A DNA stretch of 64,000 nt from Lama guanicoe (Eukaryota), in the NCBI GenBank assembly GCA_013239625.1, contig MU054831.1:869457-933456 (forward strand), written 5' to 3'. Shown here one piece after another: positions 1-10,345 of this stretch. Position numbers and translations under genes: made by a program. The notes under the pieces were generated by a model. It was not told where the DNA came from and searched no databases. It saw only the letters and a list, made by a program, of their open reading frames with translations. Numbering within the stretch: the first letter of the stretch is position 1; the number at the start of each line of letters is the position of its first letter.

Positions 1-13
1 GAACCCCAGAGTG

Positions 14-165
14 TGGACCCCTAAGCACGGATCCCCCTCCCGAGAATGGACCCTTCCCAAGCCTGGGACCCCGAGTACAGACCCCCTGAGCAGGATGCCC
101 CTGAGCATGGACCCCACTGAGCAAGACCCCTTTTGCTCAGGACCCCCTCACGTGGACTCTTTTGA
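14..165. repeat. Degenerate minisatellite, ~14-15 bp unit (GACCCCCTGAGCA-like)
   Basis: Recurrent ggacccc/gacccc..gagca motifs at roughly 15-bp spacing. Confidence 0.5.
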
Positions 166-839
166 GTGCACCTCTCTGAGCGAGGTCGCCCTGAGCCCGG
201 GGCCTCGTGGGACTGTGTGACCACAGGCCTGAGAGGCTGGCCCTGCCGGGATCGGCTGCCACGCCTGGGCAATCGCGTGGATGGGAGAACAGGGCAGGGA
301 GGTGCCTCGGGGCCGGAGGACACGCAGGTAAGGGGAGACAGAGCTGGGGTTGACCCCAGGCCCACGTGGACAGCCCCCGCTGGGGCTCTGAAAAGCTCCA
401 CTTGTTCCAGCTTGAGTCTGGATGCCCGGCCCCACACGGGGAGGCAAAGAGGTGGCTCAGCACACCAGCCTGGGTGTCCACCGGCAGGACTTCCAGCTAC
501 CTCCGCCCCCCGAAGGAAGCACCAAAGCACGTGCCCCTCGACCGCCCCTCCCTGCCCCCCGCCCCCAGCACAGCTCTGCAGACACTGAGGGGCCGAGGGG
601 CTCTGGAGGAAGAAAGTGGGCCGTGGCCTCCAGCATGGCCCTTCCAGATGCTGCAAACAGCTCCCATCTAAACTCCAGGCGGACGGGGAGTGGGGCAGGG
701 GCGGAGAGCAGGTGGGAGTGCCCCAGGAGAGCCCCCAGGTGGAAAGTCCTAGAAAGCCACCAGGGAAGATGGCCCCAGGCCCTCCCCACACACACATCAT
801 GAGAGCGTGAGTGGCCCGCACACAGCCCAGGAGAAGAGC

Positions 840-845
840 TTTATT
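840..845 (-). terminator. Poly(A) signal AATAAA of GPR35
   Basis: tttatt on + strand about 340 nt downstream of the GPR35 stop. Confidence 0.7.
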
Positions 846-1180
846 CTGGCCCTGTGGGTCTCACGGCCCCCAGCAGGCACCCGCCCCTGTGCCGCAGGTG
901 AACCCAGTTCTAGGCACAACAGGTGTGCAGCCCCGTCCAGGGGTCCCTATGGTTGGCCGTGCTCAGGCCCCAGTCCTCCTGCCCTCATCGCTGTCCCTTC
1001 TCTACCCCAGGGGTGGGGGTGTCACCTCCCCAAGCTCCACGCCTGGATTGTCCTGACCACATGGGACTCCTGAGAGTGCCCACAGCGCACAGTGAGGTCA
1101 GGGCTGATCCCGGGGCTCCTTGCTGCTGGTCGCGGGCTCCCCCGGTGGGCAGCACTTCCCGGGAGCCTGTGGCTCCTCTC

Positions 1181-2089
1181 CTAGGCCAGGGTCACACACA
1201 GAGACTCCTGGCTCTTACGGGCCTTGGCACTGGGGGGCGTGGCCAGCGCAGACGCCTCCTGGAACTCCTTGGCCATGTAGTAGTAGCAGACAGCGTCCAG
1301 GCAGCAGTTGGCGTACGAGAGTTTGCTAGTGACGTTGAGGGCGAGGCGGAGGGCGCAGGAGTGCAGGCCCGTGGCCACCTGCACGGTCAGCACCACGTGA
1401 AAGGGCAGGAAGCAGACCACGAACACCACCAGGTTCGCCCAGACCATGCGGGCGGCCTTCTGGGTGGACTCCACCTGGCCCGTGTCAGCCGCTGCCTTCG
1501 GGGCCAGGGCGGCCACCACCTGCAGGGAGCAGAAGACCAGCACGGCCAGCGGCAGGTAGAAGCCCAGCAGCGAGAAGACGGTGGTGTAGGAGCTCTGCCG
1601 GGAGCTGTTGGAGAAGCAGAAGCCGCCCTCCTGCCTCCCCAGGAACCAGCGAAGCACCAGGGAGCCGACCACCAGTGCCCAGAGCGCCGCGCACACGGCC
1701 ACGGCCCGCCGCGGGGAGCGGAGCGCGCGGGCGCGCAGCGGGTGCCGCACGGCCACGTAGCGGTCCAGGGCGATGGCCATCACCAGGCTGATGCTCATGT
1801 ACCTGTTGACCAGGTAGATGCCCTGGGAGAGCTGGCAGAGCAGCGTGTCCGTGGGGCTTTTCCTCTTCAGGGAGTGTAGGAAGAAGGGCAGGGCGCAGAG
1901 CAGGCAGAGGTCGGCCACGGCCAGGTTGGCCATGTAGACGCGGGTCTCCGTCCACCGCTGCAGGCGGTGGCACAGCACCCAGAGCGCCCAGACGTTGAGC
2001 AGCAGGCCCAGCACGAGGAGCGCGCCCGTGTAGGTGTAGAGGACCTGGGCGCTGCCAGGCTTCTCCTGGCCGCAGGTGCTGTTGTTCAT
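1181..2089 (-). CDS. GPR35: G protein-coupled receptor 35 (class A GPCR), single coding exon, 302 aa
   Basis: ORF 1181..2203 from its Met39 (gaccATG at 2089). Seven hydrophobic segments with YMANLAVADL (TM2), DRY, CFLPFH, NCCLDAVCYYY and C-terminal SQESLCVTLA typical of GPR35. Acceptor ccccAG lies 4 nt upstream of the ATG. TAG at 1181-1183. Confidence 0.97.
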   Translation of the reverse strand: MNNSTCGQEKPGSAQVLYTYTGALLVLGLLLNVWALWVLCHRLQRWTETRVYMANLAVADLCLLCALPFFLHSLKRKSPTDTLLCQLSQGIYLVNRYMSISLVMAIALDRYVAVRHPLRARALRSPRRAVAVCAALWALVVGSLVLRWFLGRQEGGFCFSNSSRQSSYTTVFSLLGFYLPLAVLVFCSLQVVAALAPKAAADTGQVESTQKAARMVWANLVVFVVCFLPFHVVLTVQVATGLHSCALRLALNVTSKLSYANCCLDAVCYYYMAKEFQEASALATPPSAKARKSQESLCVTLA

Positions 2090-5000
2090 GGTCCTGGGGC
2101 TGCAGGAGGGGGCGGGCGTGAGGCAGCAGCAGCGAGGGGAGCCTGGGCGGCCAGGCCCCACCCGCCTCTGGCCAGGGATGCAAGAGGTGCGCCCCACCCA
2201 CATTCAGGAGCCCAAACTCCACCTTCCCTGAGAAGTCACGGAAATTGCCAGGAGCCCCGAGGCACCCTCCAGGTCACCCTGCCCTGCCTGCTGGACGGTG
2301 GGAAAACCAAGGCCTTCAGAGGCCTGCGGAGGCAAGGAGGCAGTGAGCCAGCCCTGGACTGGAACCAGATCTCCGTCCCTCCCCCAGCCCTCCTCTCCAA
2401 GGATCTGTTTGCTGCTGGTCAGAAAGCAAGGCAGGTGCTCACTGTCCACCTCCAGGCCCCGCTGTGCCAACTCCACCATCTCTCGGGACAGGTGGCCCAG
2501 AGGGTGGCCAGTCTCACACCAGCCCCAGTGCCATCCTCACCAGGGAGGACTCAGAGGCTCAGGACAAAGCCCAGGGCGGCCCGTGGCCCCCTCCACCCCG
2601 TCCCCGAACCGGCTACAGGAGGTACCTGCGTCTGACCCACACCCATACCTCAGCGGGCATTGGCCTGTCCCCCACCTGGCCACTGGCTGCTGCGGTCCAG
2701 GACAGCAGGGGTTGTGGCTCAGCCAGCCCGCCCTCCGGCAAAGTGCAGAACTCTGGTCTCCCTCCTGCCTCCCCCCACTGCCGGGCTGAGAGCTGCCCGT
2801 CACCCCCACCAGAGGCGGGGTGGCTGGGGCCCCTCCGGGCACTGGCCTGCCTCACTCTGTCCCTCAGAGAGCATGGCTACCACAGTCCTCTGCCCTGAGG
2901 TCCCACTTAAATTGGCCTGAGCCCCATCTGGGGCCAGGAATGCCTCTTGCGCTCCCGATGGTCAGGACCATGAGGGCAGCCCCGCCCCTCCAGGCCCAGA
3001 CCAACGGCTCAGAGCCGGCCTCGGGGTGGAACTGGGCGTCCTCCACCATGTCCTGGTCAGAAGCACCCACACGGCCCCTCACCGCCCTGGTCAGTGGTGC
3101 CCGCCACAGCGGACGACCGCAGACCCTTCTGCATGAGCAGCAGGCCTGGCCCCTCCCCTGATGCCCCCCACCCAGCCAGCTGATTGGGGCTGGGCCCTGG
3201 TCCCCAACCCCCAGGGGGGCAACTTTCAGTCTAGCTTGATATTTTGTGAGGGAAAGTTAAAAAAACTAACTGCAGTCTTTAAAATTTCCTTTTATAATAA
3301 AACAAACTCCTAATCATCAGGGAGAAGGGCACCCAATTTGCACGCATCTTAAGGTGCTCAGGAGACTTTGAAGTGATACCCGTCCGTGGGGTCTCACCTC
3401 TGTCCTTTGGGGTGCCTCCCAAAAGTGTTTGGGAAGCCAAATCCCAAGGTCCATATCAAATAGCAGGGGGTCCCCAGAAGCCACGGCAACCAGCTCAGGT
3501 CCCTGCCAGCGCCGGGCACCGGCACGGGGTCCCGCATCCAGGACACGGAGCCCAGCAGCGTCCTGCTCAGGTGTGCAGACCCGTCGCCTCCAACATTTGC
3601 TCTGCAGAATTGCTCTAGGCTGCCTGGGGCCCCCTGCAGCCTGGCCCGGCCAGTGCTCAGAGCACTCCGCTGCCCGGGGCCGCTTCCTGCCGGGGAGGCT
3701 GTCCCGGAGGGGTAGCAGCACCTCAGGGGCACCGCTTCCTGCTGATGGTGAGATCAGTCTGCTGTCTCAAGCGGAGATCGGAAGCCACCCTCTGATTCCG
3801 CACTGAGATAACCATGCCATCAGCTGAAGAGACGTCCGGTCGCCTTTGGGAGATGTGAGCACACGGCAGCCTCCAGCCAGCCCTCTGCTGTCTGGTCGGC
3901 CCTGCCTGCACCCTGCTCCCTGGGAACCCGGCAGACTCCCTAAATGGGATCTGAGGCAGAGTGGGGTGCAGACTCGTCGCCCAGGCACCATAGAGACCTC
4001 CAGAGCTGGGACCCCACTTTCAAAATCGCCCAGGATCCAGGACAGGGGTGTGTGAGTGAAGCGAGTTTCCCAGAGCAGCGCTCACTGTGCTAGGAACGCA
4101 GCGCTCAGACACTCCCTCCTCCAGCTTCACGTGCTGGTCGCAGCCCACGGAGAGACTTCGGAGACGAAGGAGGAGGGGGCCCAGGCCCCAGGAGACACCC
4201 CAAGTTTCTCTGCACTGCTGACCACACTCATGTCCATCAGGACACTCTGCTGGGGTGCAAAACCCCCCTCACAGCCCTCCCTGCTGAGACCCCTGGTCCC
4301 ACAGTTGGCACAGACCTGCAGTCAGCCTCAGTTTTCCCAGAGGAGCCATCTGCCCCCTGACCTGTGGAAGCCTGTGCAGGGGCTGCCTGAGAAGTGGTGG
4401 GGAAGCTGGGCTGGAGTGAGCCAGCCCCCTGGGCCACCCGTCCTTAAGGCAGGCAGGCGGTGGGTGGGTGATGACAGCAGAGCTGGGGTGACGGGACTCC
4501 CCATCGCCTGCGCCAGCCCCAGCCCAGGGCTGCCTGGGGGAATTTCTGGGAGAGGAAGCGGGGTGCCAGTGGCCGCCAGCTTCAACACCTCCAGAGAACC
4601 AGCGTGCTCGCTGACACAGAGCATTTGTTCTGAAACAACCTGTGCTAGAAGGACCAGAGCCCTCCCCGGGAGGAAGGCGTCCTCTCCCAGACTGACTCCG
4701 CAGAGTCCTGAGCCTTTCCTGGGGCTGAGCTCCCAGTGGCTGCGGTCAGCGCCTCTGCCCTGGCTCCTGCCCAGCACGCTCGTGGGAAGGCACCTTCACA
4801 CGCACCGCACCCACGCCGACCGGGCGACCCCCAGCGTGTGTGGACGCAGGTGCCCGGCCCACTTCCTGCCGCTCTGCCCTGCTCTGCCCGCCCCTCCACC
4901 AGCTGCCTCCTCACGCCCACCTCCTGAGAAGCCTGCCTTCCAGACCACCCCTTCCCCAGTCTAGAACGTTCTCCTGCCCAGCTCCTCCAGGCCCGCAGGG

Positions 5001-5179
5001 GACGTGCTCTTCGGCAGGCCTCTCCACTCTGAGCTCAGGGCGGGGAGACCCTGCGCAGAGGGGCTATCCCTCCCCCGCAGACCAGCCCCCCAGCCCCACA
5101 CGCCTGAGGGCAGGGCCTTGCGCCCTCAGCTCGGGCTCCGCAGCACCTCTCTCCGCACACACTGCAAGGGGCTGGGGAG

Positions 5180-5265
5180 AGCTTCCACCCGGCCCCTGCC
5201 CGTTTCACAGGCGGAAAGCGAGGCCCAGAGAAGGGCAGCGGCTGGCCCAGGCCTCCTGACCCTGA
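5180..5265. mobile_element. MIR SINE core fragment (approximate bounds)
   Basis: cccgtttcacaggcggaaagcgaggcccagagaagg resembles the MIR core. Confidence 0.55.
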
Positions 5266-8200
5266 GACCAGGGACCCTACCCAGAGGCCCCTGAGGGGGG
5301 CCTGGTCTCCACCGTCCGGATCCAGGCTTGACAGTCCCCACCGTGGGCCCGTCCTCTGCCTTCCCTCCTGCCTCTCGCTGCCTCTCTGTCCAGCCCCCTC
5401 CTCCTGTCCCCGGCCTCCCCAGCCTCCTCTCGCTGAACGGCTTCGAGCCCCTCCCCGTCTGGTTTCCTCCCCTGAACTCCGGAATGAAAGTAGCCCTTCT
5501 GCATCCTTAGACCTTGCCTGTGGCTGAGCCCCCAGCTGTTCCCGCACAGAGTAGGGCCTGAATAAATCCTGTCACCCCGTCAGCAGCAGCCCCAGCTGGA
5601 GAATCCAACTGGGTGGCCGGCATCCCCGAGCACTAAGCAGACTCCTGGCGCACAGCAGCGCTCTGTAAACACCGCGGCCGAAGCTCTGGGCCTCCCTGAG
5701 CGGGGAGGGGCGTCTCCCCCCGCCACCCCGCGGCCCCGGGGCCCTTCCCTCTGCCACGCATGCCTCCCTCCCAGTTCAGGGCCGGGTCCTCTCCTCGAGG
5801 TCCACTGAGTCCGGGGGGTCCGAGAGGCCTGGCCCACCAGGCAGGCCTCAGATTCCAGACTAGGCCCAGTCTCGCTGCTGGGCCACCTCAGAACCATAAA
5901 CGACCCTCCTCGGAGAAGGAGTGACCAGGGCCCTGCGGCCCCACGGCCGGCGCCCATGGTGGAGCCCCGCAGCCTGGGGCCCAGGCAGAGCTCCACCTGC
6001 GAGGCGTCCTCTCATATCGCCCCACGCCACCCCTCTCCCTCAGTCCCCGCACCCTCCTCCCCTGCCTGGCACCTGCTGACCCAGGAGAGCAGCGCGGCAG
6101 GCCTGCGGGTGGCGGGGGTCCAGGCGCTGGTCTGAAGGAGGACCCTTCCTGCCCCCTCCTCCTGACCCTCCGCCCCTCTGAGCAGTTGGGGTTGAGGGGA
6201 AGCCACAGACACACGTGAGGTGCGAATCACTGTGCTGTCTGGATGAGCCCCCGAGGGAAGGGCCCGGGAGGTGGGGTCACTCCAAAGGCGGCTGCTGGAT
6301 GTGGCCCAGGAACCTGGCAGATTCCAGGAGCTCCGCCTGCCCCCAGCCCCTCACCTGGGGTGGGAGCAATGCCCCCGCCTTTAGGGTCCAGAAGGGAGCA
6401 CAGCCCTGGGAGTGGGCGCTCAGGCGGGGACATCAGGCGGGGTGTCCCTCGCTGGGCAGTGCGGCCACTGGCCGAGGGCCTTACCCACCCCGGGCTCTCC
6501 TCCCCAGGCTGCTCTGCGCCCACGCCACCTCACTCTACACCACGGTCTGCCCCTCTTCCATGCCCACCCTGGACACAGCTGGGCGGGCGAGGTGGCCGGG
6601 TGGGCTCGCCCGGCACAGTGGGGCAGGCACTCACAGCGTGGGGCTTCACGGAGGGCAGGTCAGGACCGGGAGGCTTCTAGAAGGAGGTGGCACTGAGCTG
6701 GTCCTGGGAGGTGGGAGGAGGCAGAGATGGGGAGGGGCTTCCTGGAAGATGGGAGGGCCTGTGGGCAAGGCCTCGAGCTGGGAAGCAGAGGCTGGAGGCG
6801 GAGCAGGCGGGTGGGAGGGAGCTGACAACCTCTCTTTCACAATCCCCAGCACAGGCCTCTGCCCGCAGCAGCTGGGTGGGAAGGGGGCTTGACTGTCCAC
6901 AGGGAGACGTGGCCATCTGAGTGGCGGGTGGAGGGGAGCCCCCGGCCCTGCGTGGCGGCACTGCGGCGCCTTCAGAGCCTGACTGGGGGCTGGGCAGGGG
7001 CCAGTCTGCCTTCGACCTGCAGCCTGCAGCCTGCAGCCTAGGACTGCCCGTCCCTCCATCTTGCCTTTATCTGAAATGCTGATTCACCGTGGATTTTGTG
7101 TGACCCCTGCCGTATTACAGTACCGCAATGAAGTACTGTCCACCTTGACAACTGAGTTTGGGGGGCTCTTAGTTGCTGTGCGAGGCCAGGGCCTCCCTTG
7201 CCTCACCCTGGTGCCAGCCCTGCCCCAAGCGCCTGGTGGGGGCTGGGACCCAGGGCCCCCCTGGAACCAGAGGCCTCTGGGCCTGGGCCCAGCCTTGGGC
7301 TGGCACCCCGGGAAGCTGAGGACACGGGCTTCTGCTCCTGCCACACTCTCTGGACCCTCTTCACAGAGTCCAGGTCTGGGAAGCAACCCTCCGCATCCCA
7401 CTGGTCTGGCCAAAAGCCAGCCAGGGGGCCGTTATCTGCCCCTGTCGTCACTGTACTGAAGGGGGAATGACGAGGACACCACTGCGGGGGGAGGGGGACA
7501 AAGGGGAGGGGAGGGGGAGGTCCCTGTGGGGCAGGGAGAGGAGGTGACTGGTGCGGGTGGGTCCCAGGGCATCCACCCGCCTTCCTCCCCTGCTGGCTGG
7601 GCAGCCCTGCCCTGTGCCCGCTGGCTGGCTCTTGGCCTCCAGGTCCTTCTCTCACAGTCCCCCAGCCCCTCCAGCCTCCTCCACACGCCAGCTCCTGCTC
7701 ACTCTTCACAGGCCCCTGTCCCTCCCACCTCACAGGAAAACCTCACAGGCCCATCGTGAGGAAACACCCTTGAGCTCCACCTCAAACCTACACCCACCTC
7801 CACACGGTTCACCCTGGGAGGGCCGCTTCTCCCCCAGAGGCCCTGGGCCTGGGGCTCACCTGAGCGGTCAGACTGGCCTCAGCTCCCCAGAGGAAGGGAG
7901 GGAGAGGCAGGGGACGGGACCCCTTCTTGGCCAGGCTGCCCTGTCACCCCACCCTGCAGCTGCTCTGCCTCCAGGGAGCCCTCTCTTTGCTGGGCCCGTG
8001 GCCCCCTCCCTTGTCCTTCCTACCTCTCGAAGGGGCAGTTGGATGAGCCCAGGCCATCAGCTCCGCCCCGAGCCTCTCAGCCCCGCAGGGGACCCAGGGG
8101 TGGGAGCTGCAGCCCAGAGGGACAGAGAGGCGGTCCCCCACCACAGAGCCACCTGGGAAAGGCTTCCTCCTGTGGACGATGGGGGGCTGGTCAGCACGGG

Positions 8201-10269
8201 GACCAGGTCAGGAATCAGCCCTCGCTCCTTGGGTGCCAGGTGGCACTATGGCTGGTCTCAACAGGCTCTCGTCTGCTGGAAGCCCACACGCCAGTGTCCT
8301 CGGGCGAGGTGGCATGGAAGACCCCGCAGGGTGAGGGCTGCCGGTGAAACAGGAGTCGGGGGAGCTGACCATGGCGCAGCAGGAGACATGGCGTTCTCTG
8401 TGCTAGACGCCCTGCTTTGGTACATATTTGCAATTTTCCATAATAAAAAATATATAAAAATAGAGAAGCACTTGTGTGGCCATGGAAGGGTTTGCATTAG
8501 GCGGGCAGAAGCGGTGGCCAGGCAGCAGGGGCGCGGACGGGGAGGGGCTGGCTGTGCGGGTCCAGCTCTCTGGCTCGAGGTGCCCTCAACCAGGACCTGC
8601 TCTGTCCCAGGCCCAGCTCTCACCCTGCCACCACCGCGAGGCCTCGGGTGTGACCTGGGGCTCATCTCCGTGCACTGCCCCCCAGCACGGCAGAGGGGGA
8701 CTGCGTCGTGGAAGTGGTGTGCAGTGCAGGGAGAGCCAAGGCCTTGACCCATGTGGGCAGGGGGCAGGGGACTGGGCGCCCAGCACTCTGCCCCCTCCTG
8801 TGAGAAACACCCCATCCCCGGCCCCCACCCCCTACCGGCCACCTGCCACCCCACCTGGCACAGCGGCAGGTGCCGCCAAGGCCACCGAGGGGCCTCCTGC
8901 AGGAGGCCTTCCAGCACCGAGCTTGCAGCTGCCACCTCTCTCCCTCAGAAACCTCCTCTGTCCCCACACAAATGCCTCCACGTGGCCTCCGAGGCCTCAC
9001 CATGCTCGCTCGCACATTCATTCATTCATCATTCATTCAGCGAATGTGGCTGAGTGGCGGGGGGCAGGAGGGGCAGGGGTTGAGGGGGCGCCCAAGGATG
9101 GCTGCCCCGTCTCCAGAAGCTGGCGGCACACCTGGGGTGGCAAAGCCCTCGGTCCTCTGATCAGACGGCCTCCAGGCTCTGCAGCTGTCACTCCGCCCGT
9201 GACCACCGGCACACGCCAGAGTCCCGATGCGCAGAGGCCATGTGTCCGGGCCGTGCACTCTGGCCTGGGGCCCTAGGGTGGCAGGCCACTCTGGGGCCCC
9301 TGCGCCTGGACTGCCTGTCTCTCCCCCGCGCCCCCACTGTGACCATCCTTGTGCCCCAAGACAAACCCGGCCGCAGCCACTTTTCTGGGGCCCCTCCTGC
9401 AGCCCTCCGCTCAGGACAGCCCAGCGTCTGACAGAGGGCCCTGCCCGCCGGCGCGTCTGGCCCTTTCCCAGCAATGTGGCCTGTGCCGGGAGGGAGGAGC
9501 CACCACAGGACAACAAGGGCACTAGGGGACTGCGAGGGCTTCCAGGGGGTCCTGAGGGGCCCCGAAGTGCTGCTGGCCTGTCTGGACTGCTCCCCAGGGT
9601 GCGTCCTGGGTCAGGTCGTGGAGCAGCAGGCAGGCCCAGGGCGGACAGGTGTCCCGGCCCGGCCCTGCCCACACCCCACAGATCTGACACAGGCCAGCAG
9701 GGGAGCGCCCAGGGCGCCGCCTTCCCGGCCCCCACTCCCATCTCCTCCGAGTCAGCACAGCCCTGCCCTCGGACACCCGGGGACCCTGCACAGGGGCAGA
9801 AGTCCTCCTGCGACAGCTGGCCTCCTCCTCCTGAGGCAGCGCTGTGGCCCCCAGCCTGAGGCTCCTGGGGCAGGCGGACCCCAGAGGTGGACGGCTCCGC
9901 TGTGCAGGGCTGGAGGAGGCGGGCTGGGCGGAGGGCAGGCGATGCTCCTTCAGCCCTGGACAGCTCCCCCGGCCTCCTGGGCGCCGCCCCCCCCCCCCGC
10001 TGGGGGGCCACGGCTCTGCTGCCTCCTGCACGGAGCCCTCCCTCCCGCCCAGGCCCTGGTGCTGGTGTGGCCGCAGTTTCCTGCTCCTCCAGGGCCTCCT
10101 TCCCCTTTCTCTGCCTGAGGCTTCTCTGACTGGAAGGCTGGCTGCCAGGTCCCCTCCTGGAGACACTTCCTGCCCGACCCTCCAACCGCCGGCTGCCCGC
10201 CGTGGTGGTCTCGGGCCTCCCTTCCCAGCAGAGCAGAGACACCCACCCCAGCCCACTGGGCGCCCTACC

Positions 10270-10345
10270 GCTCCCTCCTCCTCCCTCCTCCTGCCTCCTC
10301 CTGCCTCCTCCTCCAGGCAGCCATCACCCTGCGTGCCTCCTCCTG
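10270..10345. repeat. (CCT)n / CCTCCTCCTG polypyrimidine low-complexity tract
   Basis: ctccctcctcctccctcctcctgcctcctcctgcctcctcctcc. Confidence 0.7.

Noticed and set aside
923-1879. 318-aa + strand ORF overlapping GPR35
   Set aside because: Antisense shadow of a high-GC3 coding sequence, with a non-ATG start and no recognisable domain.
4056-10242. Long ORFs 4056..4964, 7551..8747 and 9037..10242 (300-400 aa)
   Set aside because: Pro/Gly/Arg/Ala-rich low-complexity translations expected in ~65-70% GC DNA. They have no domain signature or splice-phase structure, and some run through repeat remnants.
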